64,000 nt of DNA. Origin: Ptychomitrium polyphyllum. Lineage: Eukaryota. A program made the translations under genes and the position numbers. Position 1 is the stretch's first letter. Every line of letters begins with the position of its first letter. Location of the stretch: contig OZ316775.1 in NCBI GenBank assembly GCA_973851085.1, forward strand, positions 8,060,001 to 8,124,000, read 5' to 3'. Positions 1-13,064 of the stretch are shown here, piece after piece. Under the pieces are notes generated by a model. It did not search any database. It worked only from the letters and a program-made list of their open reading frames with translations, and was not told the origin of the DNA.

Positions 1-95
1 GTTCCCGCCTGCACTCAAATCTCCTCATCACCTTCCCGCCATTCATTCCATTCGCAAAATATCGGTTATTGCTCTTAAACAATCAAAATTCCAAA

Positions 96-609
96 TTAAG
101 CATCTCCTCGAGGAGGAGGAGCAAATTGAGCCGCAGGGAAAGTACCCCGCCAGTAGTAAGGTGCTAGAGGCGGTCTTCTAATGTTACAATCCGGACCCGA
201 AGCAGCGCCGTTGAAGTAGCTCGGAGGCAAAGTTCCGCCGTTCAGAATGAAACATACTTCATAGCAATAAGGCTCCTTCGTTGTAGGGTCACTACCTGTG
301 GGCCCCGCGGAGAAGTAATACACATAGGGCTCCAATGCCAAAGCCTCGGTGCTGTTCGTCAACCGAGATCGCAGATATTTGAGGCAAATCTCTCCAACGC
401 TGTCAATGTAGTGCTCGTTTGCGAATCTATACCATGTGAAATCACTAGTGAGCCGTCGGGGTACTGCACCTCGGGTTCCGAGCCGTAAGATGTCGTCGGA
501 GCGTCGGGGAAGTGTATAGGTCGAGGTAATCCATCTTCGCTGGAGCCAGCAACGGTTCTACAATGCATCTAATGACTACAAACACGATTACTTCTGGAAT
601 GATCACCAT
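96..609 (-). pseudogene. Frameshifted orphan gene for a probable small secreted Pro/Cys-containing protein
   Basis: ORFs 359-568 and 96-362 abut with a 1-nt shift (GAT CTC GGT TG ACG AAC; one extra T would read DLG-LTNSTEAL). A hydrophobic start MVIIPEVIVFVVI lies at ATG 609 in another frame. Family not recognised. Confidence 0.35.
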
Positions 610-2550
610 CTTGAAACCCGAATTCCAATCCCGCGCTTGACTGTCAATCTTCGTACCACTGTGGAGTTAAAATGTACGAAGGAAGATCTTTCCTAGAGCA
701 GGTCCACTAAGGTCAGACCAGATGAACCAGCAAGTAAAAAGGAATTCCTGAAATGCTGTTGTATATAAAGAGCTGCGTTTCATGACTTTTTCGAACTTGA
801 AACAGTGCCATGTGCAATTTGTTAGTTACTATTGAACTAATTTTGGCTCGACTGTGAGCACCTTGGTGCCAAGTATTTCACTTCATGACAAGGTTCGTTC
901 CTAGCAAATTGTGAGATTCAGTAGTGTTTTACAGCAATAGAAGCAAATTGCAATGGAACATTGGCATTGGTGAAACGATCAAGTCGTGCTATATTGGGAG
1001 TCGGTTGAGACTTGAAATACGTGGGAGCTGAGCTAGAGTACTACCATATTACCCTTGCGTGCCGCATAAGCAAATTTACATAAAATTCTAGAACGTTCAT
1101 TCAGTCTTGATATTTATACGGCGAGACGAAGATCTCCCTGCCGTGAGAATCTTTGCAGCTACAAATAGCCTGACAAGCACCTAAACCACGTTTAGTTACA
1201 GTTTTTACTTTTTGTAACCGAGTTAAGGCCATTTCAGTCAACTTTCCAATATTTTAGTACCACTGATCGTTCTACCAATCATCTAAATTTACAGAAAAAG
1301 GTTGCAGGATGCTCATCGTTTACTGAAACCATGTACTATTCTGATGCTGTAGCGATTTTCTATAATTTTTTGAAACGAACGGAGAAATCCATTGCTTAAA
1401 AAGAAACCCAAGACAACCCTCCTGCAAGGATGCTGTAGCGATTTCGTGGCTTTCAACTCATGTTTCTACAGTTATGAGATCTGACATAAGTTGTTGTAGA
1501 TATCAGAAATTCCAACTTGTGAGTGCTATTGTATTAACTTACGGCACAAATTTCTGAATCTTATGACTGAGTGGATGTTGCTCTGCAGTAATGCTACGTG
1601 TGCAAGATGCAGAGCCTAAAATCTTTCCATTGTTTTCCCTGTTCGGCACCCTAACCATTAGTAGGTCAGAATCATAGAAGTAACCTCTAATTTCCATGTC
1701 CTACTTAATTCTTTCAGCATTCAAACAGATTAACTTCGTTCGTTTTCCTGAATCCGTCCATAGACTAGATGTTCTAGTAATCATGAGGCTTCCACCGGGC
1801 AAAGTGGTCACACTGCCTTGATTGATAAGTAGGCACAGCCTGTACCAATTAAATGTGCATCGCATTGGAGGACACCGATCAAGGTAAGTGGCAACTGAAC
1901 AAGAAATTATCAGTAAGATTCTGATGTATATCATAGCAGAAGATAATAAACACTCCAGACGGAAAAAAATCTGATAAACCTTGAGTTCAGAAGGAAAGGT
2001 TCAACAACGTAGATTTCCAACAATTAATCCCAATCCTCGTAGGAAAATGACTGAGTATCTATGGCCACTTTCTCGTTCGAATACTAGATGTTTCTAAAGA
2101 CATTAAATTACTCAATACTCAAATTCACATACTCGTACCCAACTTTGTGTGATAATGTGTGATGGTGAGGTGAAGACAATTTGTATAATTAAGACCTTTA
2201 TATTACAATCACAGCTGGGTTAAATGATGAATCGCAACCGAAATGATGTAGGAGAGGAAGTATGAAGCATTATCTGCCCTTCACATCTCGTTGATTGCTG
2301 AAGCTACTGACTAGCCTTGTGTCATTTAAATAAATTTAGAAAGGAGGCATCTCCTGAGGTAGTCATCATCAGCTTCCCCTCATTGTAACCTCAATTGGAA
2401 CTGTGTCAATGTCTTATTGAATTCTAGATCGATTCAAGGTCGGTGTTGCCAAAAACATCCCAGCATATATGCACGACTACCTTTGCTGTCGACAGTATGG
2501 TCATTCTCATCGACAACAAATTGTCTAATGGTCAGAAAAGTAATCAAGGC

Positions 2551-2858
2551 TTAGTAGCCTTTAGTCGGAGCGGGAGCAGAGACTGGTGTTTCGCCATCGT
2601 CAGAGGCGGGATAAGAGGCAAGAGTATATGCTGGCAAGAATTCCACCGGGGAAGACACCGGAGCGACTTCTGGCGTGCGGGAGAAAGAGCAGGACTGTTA
2701 GGCGCCCAAGCGGAAGACGCTAGAGCAATGGCAGGAGCATCCGTGTGAAACAGTCCCGGTGCGTGCCTTGCTGTCACAGCTACAGTCATGGAATCACAAA
2801 TGAGCATCGCCGCCATTACTCCTGCAAATCGCTTCATTTGGCCGATCATTCTCGCCAT
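2551..2858 (-). pseudogene. Arabinogalactan-protein-like gene, copy C (frameshift near 2675-2680)
   Basis: Signal-peptide-like MARMIGQMKRFAGVMAAMLICDSMTVAVTA, then AP/SP-rich sequence. After a 1-nt shift it reads TPEVAPVSSPVEFLPAYTLASYPASDDGETPVSAPAPTKGY*, which aligns with APEGSPMSAPVVVSPAYAPA of copy A (7168-7410). Confidence 0.55.
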
Positions 2859-3415
2859 TACAACACCCGAATCTTCTTCTCTAGAGTACTACAGCTCCTC
2901 CAGGTTTATACCGTTGAGTGTTTCGATACGCAAACTTTGGACTTTCCTGAACTGTTGGTGAAAGTCCAACCTTCTGTCACTGGGATCTGATCTGCAACGT
3001 AAAGCCCACTTCCCCCTGCCCGCTCTGTGAGACGGAGCTTTCTTGGCTTTACAGAGCATGTCATGAGAACCGAAGGAAGAAGCTGAGATTTATACGAGCG
3101 ACTGACAAGAGACGAAGAGCGTCCTCGCAGCTTTTGCGCGTCAGGCAATCTTGGCATGACGAGTGATCGTGGGTGGTTCGATGCTCTCGCTGTGGTTCAA
3201 AGCAGTTAGTTGCACTACGATACGTAATTTCTGGCCCACCCCACATCGTTTTCGCCCCATGAGACTCAGGTTCGATCAGTGGCAACTGCAGTATGTACAC
3301 CGGCAGTCGACCATCACAGGACATGTGGCAGGATCTCGAAGATTCCGGAATTTAGAGAGGCAAGTACTCAAAGCCGTCGCCGTACTAAAAAAGCGCCACC
3401 ATACACCACGGAATT

Positions 3416-6400
3416 TCAATTTCGTCTCTGAAATCTATGAATAGTCCCCGTGTTGTTGGTGATGGGTACATTGACGGTTTCAAGTGTGGAATCCTGAGTA
3501 GAATAGTCTACTGGAACAAATATTTCTAGGACCCTTTCAAGGTTGCAAGCTTGAGCTATCTGGTAAGGAAGAAGTTGTTGGTCTATGGGGAATTCTCCAG
3601 CTTGCGAAGCTTCTGCAAAGTCATTGTACTCCATACACAAGCTGCAGCATTCCTGCAAAACCACAGCAAATTATTGCTTTATGAGAACCAAGCTTTTTAT
3701 TAGGATGGTGTACTATTGGCCTTGAAAATTAATGCTAACTATGTAGGGGATTGAAGTAAATTTCTAATTATTATGGATGTTCCTACATTAGTAATCCTTT
3801 TTATTTTTAAAAATGAGTGCTTAAGTATTTAGAAGGTTTGATGAATTTGCAATCCATTATGTAGTCATCTAAGTCTAAGCATATCAATCCCCCATCATCA
3901 TGCACTTGTCTATATTTATGACCTTTCCAAATTTTTCTAACTTTATTTGGTTTTTTTAAACATCAAGGTTTGCTAAGAACAATTGATTGGATTTATTAGT
4001 AGAATGCTAAAGAAGCAAAAATGTATTGATTTACATTCCTTCATCCAAAAAATGGCTTATAATTGTTTTTTATAATAATTTTTTTATTGATACATTTCAA
4101 GATTTGCTATTTTTATAAACTAAAGAAAAGCATAAATTATTTTATAATTCTTATCTTTATTACATGGAATACTACATAATATATTATTTATTCATTTTGG
4201 TATATATTTTAATATGAACAATGGTGTAAAGTGCAAATTACATTATCACCTATAATGTTGAATAATGTTTTAAGATTTCAAAGTCTCAAAAATAATAAAC
4301 CATATCCATTCTATTTTGAATAAATCCAAATTTTAAAAAATATCCACTATGATTCTATTACTTTACATTCAATTTTACTAAATCTTCATATTATTGATAT
4401 AAAGAAAACAAATAACGTGCACTTTAACATACTAAGATGCTTCTTATAATTAGTTCAAATGTCTTTTTATCATTCTTCTCTTTATTTAAAGTATTTCTTC
4501 CAATATTAGAAAAATAATTAATTGCCTTTATTAAAAAAATTACTTTAAAAGGGTAAAAATTTGAATCAATAAGCAATATTTGTATTAATGTTTAATTGCA
4601 AAAGATTGTGGAATAAATAAAACATACAAAAATATATTATTTCTCTAATTTTTTGAGTTTAGATCATGTAAACAAATTATAATGCATGATAATAAAAATT
4701 TATCTTAATAGGTCTAAATTTTCTAAATAATGATTATTTATCAAATCAAGTTATACATACTATTGTTATGATTTAGTATGAATATGCTAATTCCTATTTT
4801 GGTACAAGTAATTAATAATTTAATAAATCAAAATCTTCCTATCATTGTATAATTACATATATTATAAAGGTTAAGCCAATTATACCAAATTTAAGAATCA
4901 TCAATTGATTTTTAATTTATGATACAATTGTAAAAAATAAATTCCAATAATTATTAGCAAGTTTATGAAAATTTTGCAAAACAATCAAAGTTTTTTCTTA
5001 TTAAGAATGAAAAACATAATATCAATCTTTAGCTTAATGTTGAATATTAATATTCCACATAGGATAAAAGTACCATTATTGAAATGTCTAAACAAACCTT
5101 TTTAATTACCGCTATGATATAACAATTCAATATGAATACATTCTTGTTAATTGATGTATAAAAGAGACAATTTAGCTTGTATAATTTTGTACAATTTTAC
5201 TATTAATAATATTCATCAAATTGTAAACTATACCAATATATAAGTAACAAATAACATTCTTGCTCTCCTTAAACCATTTTAAATTGGTATTGAGTTGAAA
5301 AATAAGCTTGCATTTTAGCAACCTAAGGCACTGATCAAAGTTTAGCAAAATTTAGCCAAGTACTAAGACTTTGATCCTTTGGAATTATTTTTAGACTTAT
5401 TTAAATCATCAAAGAAAATTATAATTGGAAGTAGGACATAAAGCAGAAGATTTATAAGTGATTTCTTCATTAAGAAGTCTTAGTTAATGGCACCAGTTAA
5501 GCACTTACTTATTTTGTTTTTTAAAGATGTAATTCATTGGGGTTAACAAAGTTCCACCAAAACCAATTTCTAAAAAGTAGAAGCAAAAAAATTCTAATTC
5601 AAGAGCTACCTATCCTTTTATACATCATTAGTCAAAAACTATATATAGGTCTATAGACTTCAAAAGCTCATGTTCATAATGGTTGATGTTCAAAATAGGA
5701 ATTTGCAAAAAAGGTCCACTATTTGAACTATATTGGTTCTAGGTTTTGTGGTGTAATCTTTGTTACGCAACAATGTTCTTAGACTCTCAATTATTACACT
5801 CAATTATTACATGGGAGTGGCAACCACGGAATTCATAGTGGAATGGCACAGGAAGAAAACCGGGACTCGAAGACACTTTGGTGAACGAGTTAAATTTCTT
5901 ACTAGAGTAAATCTGTTTTTTTGTTCATGGCATTGTGAAAGCCAGCTGCACGTATCAAGGCACTGCTTGTACTGTATTGCCTGTACAGTAAGCAATATAG
6001 AGCGGGGGCCGAAAACTGAAGCAAATGACAAGAATGTTTGAACGTCTAGACCCTTTGGAAGTAATTTCCAGAGTCCTCTGAGATGATTGCTGGCGTGCAT
6101 ACGGTACCAAAACTTAACAACAGTTGTTGAATGTTTTTGTTACTCTTTATAAGAGGTGTGGTACATGACTCACCAGTTTCGCTCCTCAGAGCACTTACGT
6201 TTTCTGGAATGTCCTTGAAAGGTGGTGTTGCACGACGTGAGGCACCTGCTTTTCTTGCTCATCGGCGTTACAGAACATACACTGCAGTGATACGGTTTGG
6301 GTATTCATACTTGAAGTGCACTTGAGAGTCTGAATTTTGAGACTGGACTGTGTAACTACCAAGGTAAGTTAGCGACGTTGGTACATTCAGGACAAGATGA

Positions 6401-6547
6401 TTGAGAATCGAGAAGTCAGCGTTCATGGTCAGGTTCCTACCGTGGCTTGCAGGTATTAGGCTAGACATGTTACTAGCTTGAAGAGTGGGATAAGAGTGAA
6501 ATCATGAGCAAATTCAGTACTAAAATGTGCAACGTTTCCCCCTGCAT
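3416..6547 (-). pseudogene. Four-exon secreted cysteine-rich protein gene with one frameshift in the signal peptide
   Basis: Exons 6547-6441, 6245-6199, 5980-5903 and 3652-3416 have GT..AG borders with matching phases (1,0,0). Product: MQGETLHILVLNLLMISLLS/TLQASNMSSLIPASHGASRRATPPFKDIPENAIQYKQCLDTCSWLSQCHEQKNRFTLECCSLCMEYND...AQACNL...; an extra base in the G run at 6487-6489 shifts the frame. Confidence 0.5.
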
Positions 6548-7167
6548 GATCCTATTTTCTTCTTCGCTACATGTATTATGAACAGCAGGCATCAGATTTT
6601 CAAGTTTGTTATCTCGCTTCTATACGAGTCGACCACAGCACATGCTTTTCAGATACACATGTGAAGGATTTAACAGTAATTATGGGCTGTCTGCCAATTA
6701 TGATGCCAGTGCCAAACAAGCGACAAATCAATTTCCACAAATTCCAAGTCCAAAAGTAGCTTGAACTCCGATTTCCAAGTGTATTAATGCCTCCAACATA
6801 CACACGTCACTCACTCAACCCAGAGTTGTGCTAATAAAGATTAACTCTAGCGGATTCGACCATTGAGCTCTCATTATTCCAACTACCAAATAGAGACTAC
6901 CTGCAGAATATATGTAGAATCAACTACACATCCAGCACATTTGAGCCCCAAGTGTTATTGTATATTTTCTCCTGGTAATGTAATAACCTAACATATGCAC
7001 CTGTTCAGTGCTAGCTCATCGTCGTTCAAACGACACTTTCTACAAACATTTTGCAAGGCTACATCGTTAAAGACAAATGATAGTGCATCAATCGCTAGCT
7101 ACAGCATTAAGGATCAACAATAGACCATCACTCCTCTTGCAAGGGGATGCCACCATTTTAGGCAAAA

Positions 7168-7410
7168 TCACAATCCAGACATAGGTCCCGGAGCATGAGC
7201 TGGAGCGTATGCTGGAGAAACTACCACCGGAGCAGACATGGGCGAACCTTCTGGAGCCCCAACTGGTGCATAGATGGGAGCAGACACTGGCCCTCACATG
7301 TAAGGAGCGGGAGCAGGCCAGCTCTGAGCACTCACTTGGGAAGCCATGGACATACAGAGCAGGAGGATTGCAACCAACACCGCCCCGAATCTCGGAAATT
7401 GCTTCGCCAT
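7168..7410 (-). pseudogene. Arabinogalactan-protein-like gene, copy A (in-frame TGA at codon 39)
   Basis: 81 codons: MAKQFPRFGAVLVAILLLCMSMASQVSAQSWPAPAPYM*GPVSAPIYAPVGAPEGSPMSAPVVVSPAYAPAHAPGPMSGL*. Has a signal peptide and AP/SP/GP dipeptides. The TGA at 7294-7296 aligns with CGG in copy B. Confidence 0.7.
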
Positions 7411-7550
7411 CTTGAATGAAGTGTAACTAAGTAGCTGTAACCAAGTGAAGGTGGTACAAACTCAAGGCAATTGATGTGGTGCAAATGAAGTGATATACGA
7501 GATTGCAATGTGATAAATGGCTTCATGAAAAGGAAGGTTATATGTTGGAG

Positions 7551-7556
7551 TTTATA
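7551..7556 (-). promoter_or_regulatory. Candidate TATA box of AGP-like copy A
   Basis: CTATAAA on the minus strand about 140 bp upstream of ATG 7410. Confidence 0.35.
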
Positions 7557-8297
7557 GCAGCAGCGGGGATGAGGGAGTTTGCAGGGAGCCCATGAAATGC
7601 TAAGGCACAGGACTTAATACACGGTAGGACTTGATTCCATCCAACGATTCTGCTGTTTTGCAGTTGAATGGGAGTTGAATCAATTAATTTTATGATATCA
7701 ACCTCTCCCATTCAGCGAAAATTCCACATCTCCTTGATTTGGCGGAGTACCGGTGATGCGCGCAGCATTTTGACTCGGGGGATGCAAAAATGTTGCCTGT
7801 ACCACAAGATATAGGCAAGCACTTGCCCAGAGAACTAATATTTGTCCACTAGTGATTAGTTTATTCAGCTTGTTTTATTCGACGCGTTGCTATTTTCAAA
7901 CTGCCAGTGAGCCTTCGAGGATGGTATGCAACAGTATCATAATATGCAGATATTTGTTTCACAATCGTTTTGCCTCCTGGACTTCTTCAATAGTGACGAA
8001 AAGCTATTTCAATCTTCTTTTCATTTGGTTAAAAACAAAAAAACATGTGAAAAGGCTGGTTTATTATTGTTTTTTTCGTTTGCTTCAAAGTCTTAGGGTC
8101 AAACCAATAAAAATTAAACAGTGTTTCCTGTAGGACATGCTTCCTCGCATTCGCGAAATGACACATGCGCGAGGAAGCATGTGCTACAGGTAGCTTTCCG
8201 AACGACACATGCGAAATGCCTCGAAAACGTCCAGCTGCTACCACATTAATGTGACGCTCACTTGTGCCAGGCAGCTCAACCGTGTTGTGGATGCACC

Positions 8298-8304
8298 TAT
8301 AAAT
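8298..8304 (+). promoter_or_regulatory. Candidate TATA box of AGP-like copy B
   Basis: CCTATAAAT about 215 bp upstream of ATG 8518. Confidence 0.4.
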
Positions 8305-8517
8305 ATCACAATTCCCACCCACAATCCTATCAACCTAACTTCGCTATTCGAGATCTCCTCAATTCTTGTCACTATTCTTGAACTCAGGTTTCGAGTAAGA
8401 AGAGATTACAGTGGAAGAATTTGTGTCAGCTGTATTTCCAATTCGATCACTAAGGTGTATTGCAGGCGGCGACCGCTACGACTGGTGATATTCTGATTTT
8501 AGGTCAAGTTATGCCAG

Positions 8518-8819
8518 ATGACGAAGCTATCCCAGCAAAAGCGCGGCAGCGTTGATTGCAATGGTGGTGCTGTGTGTCCATGGCTGATAGAGTGGGTACT
8601 CAAAGCTGGCCTTCTCCGGCTTCCTACATGCGGGGCTATGATCCATCCTCCGCTCCCACCTGTGCCCCTGCCTGAGCTCCCACCTACATCCCTGCTGGGA
8701 CTCCAGAAGGTTCGCCCATGTCTGCCTCGGTGGTAGCGTCGCCTGCATATGCTCCCAGCTCGGAACCCAGCTCTTTCAAATCTCCGGTCTATGCTCCCGG
8801 ACCCATGTCCGGCATCTGA
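8518..8819 (+). pseudogene. Arabinogalactan-protein-like gene, copy B (frameshifts in signal peptide, internal TGA)
   Basis: Divergent paralogue of copy A. Frames read MTKLSQ../AAALIAMVVLC/SMADRVGTQSWPSPASYMRGYDPSSAPTCAPA*APTYIPAGTPEGSPMSASVVASPAYAPSSEPSSFKSPVYAPGPMSGI*. It shares CTCCAGAAGGTTCGCCCATGTCTGC with copy A. Confidence 0.65.
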
Positions 8820-11800
8820 TTCCTTAATTGATCTATCCAATTAAATTTAGTTTGTTGACCAGTGCCAACAGGAGTGATGTACTTCTGTCAAACTTTTCAA
8901 GTATATTACTAAGTCCGATACCAAGGTGGTGCAAAGCTGAACCATGCAGATCAGCATTGATTGAGAATTGAACGACGATTGGCTTAAGCCTGCCAGTTGT
9001 TACGGACAAGCTTTTGTAAGAAGAGTAGAATGACTTGGCCTTCAGTGAGGCTGCAGCATTCACGTGTTGCAAATTTTTGTAGCAACTCACTCCTTGGTCA
9101 CACTCATAATCGACGCGTTATAGTTTTCATATGCTAAGCATGAGGTCAAAGTTGTGCTGAATGAATTTATATGCTCACTGCGAGAATAAATAAATGTTAG
9201 CTCTTTTCCAGGTATTGCTCCTGAAAAGGTATTTATCGTCAAAGTAAATCTACTGGTCGAATATGCAACCACGAGTCACCATAACATGGTGAACCAATTA
9301 TTTGTTCAACACTGCCAGGTCTTTGATTCACTGTGAGCGTGATGTCAGTATGATACGGAAGCCAAGAATTTGAAACCATGCTTGGAAGTGGGATATGTAA
9401 AAAGTCGTGATGTTATGCTATTCCTTGTTTGGCGTAGTTACAAAATGACTACTAAATCCCTGTAAGCTGGCAAGATGCAAATCTAGCACTCCTATCATTT
9501 ATCTCGTGGATCGATTTACAAGATGACATCGATGCTGTGTGTTTCTAACTACCGTTCAGTTACGGTGATTGTACGCATAGTGCATGTTGACATGGCCAAG
9601 CATGCAAGTAACCTCCACTGCTGAGAATGGCAGTACTTAATTTTCAATACTCCTTCATTCTAGCTAGATATTGCAAGAAAGAGCTGGCCAAACCGTCTAA
9701 ATCAGCTTAGTAAATGGTCGTAGAGCAGTGTAATATCGACCGTAACAGCACCAAGGGGCTAGAATGGGAAGCAAGACACGCAAGTCACAGCCACTACAGG
9801 TTTGCGTGTGTACGTGCGTATGCAACGCCTAGCGTACCAACTCTTGGACCTTTGCACAAAGCCGTGAGTTTTCCATTTGTTTTCTAGGAGTTGAGAAAGG
9901 CACTAAGTACATGTAGTATGTTTACAGAAATGAAAACCACGTGCTAATGTGGAACTAGATGACCAAAGTTCCTAAACATGTAAACAACAAAGCAGAACGT
10001 TGCTGCTGCAATCATCAATTTCCTCTCTCGAAACTTCCGCGCTACAGCTTCTGGTAAATCCCATAAGCCCGCACAGAAACACTCCGTATGATCCTCCCCT
10101 CCTCCCCACCGAGCCATGCTGATTCTTCTATAGATTTATATGCACTGGCCACAACTCAGCTCACACTAGCCTAAGTGCACCCGGCCACCCGAGAACAATA
10201 TTGGTACTTTCGATGCACTCCCTCACATCTAGCTTCCACTGAAGTGACCTTTGTATTCAGTTCATCAACATGGCGCACACATGTGCAATCCTTGTATTAG
10301 CTAGATATATCAGAAAACGAAAGATATTTTACCTCAGAGAAGAACCTGGAAACAGGAGGACCTGATTCCATGAAGGTACATGGATATTTTCATACTGAAG
10401 AGCTCATGAGTAGTATTATTGCTGCACATGGTCTTGGAGCAACCTGGGCAGAAGGAAGACACTGGATTGAGTATGAGAGCGAAGAGATGCAACCCCTTTG
10501 CACCCCTTGACAGGTGGATGGGTTCAATTTTGTTGAATTCATGCCTCTTGGAAGTAGATGTAATATTCGGATGATAGTTCGGATGGGAAGTTTAGTGTGG
10601 TTATGAGATTTAGCGGATAGTTTGTTTTTTTTTTTTGATAGTTTTGCCTAATGACTTTTATGGAAGGCATTCCTTTGTGATTCTTATTTCAACAATACTC
10701 TGTATGATGTGCATATTATCTGTTTTGACATGTTTTTTATTTTTGGAATATACTTATTTGTTATTTCATTAAATGGTTTCACTTAGGATTATTCAATATA
10801 GATGAATAATTATTTTTGTTCAAATTGCCAATTTTAAAGTAGGAGAAAAAAATGGCAGTTTCAACTCAAAACCATATTTCAAGAAAAGAAGATATACAAT
10901 GAGAGTGTAAACACTTATTGTTGCTTAAATATGAATTATCCATATTATATTTATTACAAATTAGTATTTAAAATAGTTAAAATGATCTAAAAATTAAAAT
11001 TTTATTAGATTTTTACAACAAAAGAAATGGATTGAAGCGAAGATATCTTTTAATTAAAAAAAATAGAACCAAACAAAAATACTTGTCAAAAAAGTGACAA
11101 GCCTACTATATGGCTACATCTATATAAAAATATGAGTGGCTCATTAATATGTACTTGAATTGTCTAAATTCATATACAACGACAAAACCTAATAAACAAG
11201 ACATATATTCATAAAAAAATTAATATTACCAAATTAGTGAATAGGATGGATTTAAACTTATTTCATGTTATAAGAATAAATTCAATTAAATATTAATGGC
11301 CATGATTGGTTTAAGTCATCAATCTTCACCACCAAATACATTCACTATGATATTTTATATAATTCCCCACATTTAAAAATAAAGAGGAGGTGTTCAAAAT
11401 ACTATTAATATAATGTAGGGTTCACAAAAAGGTATTGGTTTTACAATATTATCAATTGGTTGATTTTTAATTACATTACCATAATTTTTTTAAATTCCTT
11501 CTATTTCAAAGTATGTTAAGATTTACTTAATTTGTTTGATACTTCTAACTTAATATGATATTATCCAATCATCAAAATCTCCAATAGTGAATAAGATTCA
11601 AATTAAATTCTTAAATTATCATCACTTATTATTTTTATCAATCTCCTTTTTCCTTGATGTTTAGATGAATAGATCATCACTTAAAGAACATGGCTTTTTC
11701 CAACAACTTTGTAATGCTTTTTTTAACAATAAACTAGAATATATTTCACCAAAAAATATGACCTTTTTAATTCAAAAATTAGTCCCTTGAGCCGCTCATA

Positions 11801-11861
11801 AATTTCAAAAGATTCTAATGCTAAGAATATCTCATTCAAAACCTTTTAAAAGAACATGAAA

Positions 11862-11935
11862 TAAAATTTATAATTCAAAAAAATAAAATTCAAAAAATTT
11901 TATAATTCAAAAAAATAAAATTCAAAAAAATTTAG
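11862..11935. repeat. Short AT-rich tandem duplication (about 32-bp unit)
   Basis: TTTATAATTCAAAAAAATAAAATTCAAAAAA occurs twice in tandem. Confidence 0.55.
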
Positions 11936-13064
11936 ATTTTTAGGCTTAAAAACTTGTGGATAATATAAGTAGATCCAAGCGCACATATATAACTTGTCAA
12001 TCAGAACTGATAATTGAAAACACATAAATTATAATTAATAAAATCATTTGACATAAATGCCACGTACTCCATCTTTTCAAAATTGTGAACGACTAGTAGA
12101 CGGTAAATAACAACGGTCACCACGCCCATGGAAGTCATAACGTACCTCCTCCTTTCATTATAGACTCAAAATGTTAGCCACAACTTAGCCATGTACCTGA
12201 ATCTAACACTGGCAACCCTGGCAATGGACGAATCTTCTTGTAGGCGTGCACAATACAGGGAAAGCCCCGTCTTTAGGTACCAGTGCCAATGGGCGTGTCG
12301 GCGGAGGTGGAAGAATTCTGGAAGTGGGTATAGATGAACTCTGTAGAACGGGGATGGATGAAGTTAGCAGAGCCTCTTCAAGGGGCAATGCAATATGTAT
12401 GCACGGACGCATGAAAGCCTCCACAAGCTTACGACGTTCAAGTTGTGGTCTTGTCCGATTCTCGAGATACCCGCCTACAAATCATACGGATATCTCTATA
12501 GTATCATACCAGTATCATAATAGTAATTCCCAATTACCACATAGATATCATACGAAAAGACTGGACTACGTGTGGGAATCCCTTTTTCAATCGCCTTTTG
12601 CATGATTCGATGTCTCTAGTGCCTGGGAGTTCAATTTTCTGGAGGACATCGGAGAGTGGGAAGATTCGCAATTCCAGGTTCACCGAGTGTTTTCAGGTAT
12701 TGTTGAATCCAAAACCATCATCATGTTACAAGGCTCCTGGATTCAGTCAATTTGCACTTAATTCAGCTTTTGTGGACAGGCACATTCAGTCTGGAGCTGA
12801 GTTGTTTGGAATTCGTCAGCACTTGTGGGTGTCATGCACCTGAGGTCTTTCGGCAACCATTGTGTTGAGCCGTGTTAGAGTAACTGCTTTGTTGCCATGC
12901 AGTTATGTGACTCTTTCTTTCTCGTGTTCTTTTTTTTTTTTTTTTTTTTTTAATTTGGTCTTAGAGAGTGAAGGAGGAGATGGTGGTGGTGGTGGAGTTC
13001 AGTAGTGGGAGACGGGTTGTGGCACTAGTGTGAAGTGGCCATACCGTGTTGTGTCGGGTGAGGG

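Noticed and set aside
1701..1934. Fragment GSVTTLPGGSLMIT faintly like a fasciclin domain
   Set aside because: Too short; no H1/H2 fasciclin motifs found.
8833..9272. Minus-strand ORFs with an LRR-like piece (LTINTFSGAIP)
   Set aside because: Only one partial LRR motif; not enough to call a receptor pseudogene.
10136..10610. TATA-like site followed by a broken plus-strand frame (...GYFHTEELMSSIIAAHGLGATWAEGRHW...)
   Set aside because: No recognisable family, and stops or shifts prevent a gene model.
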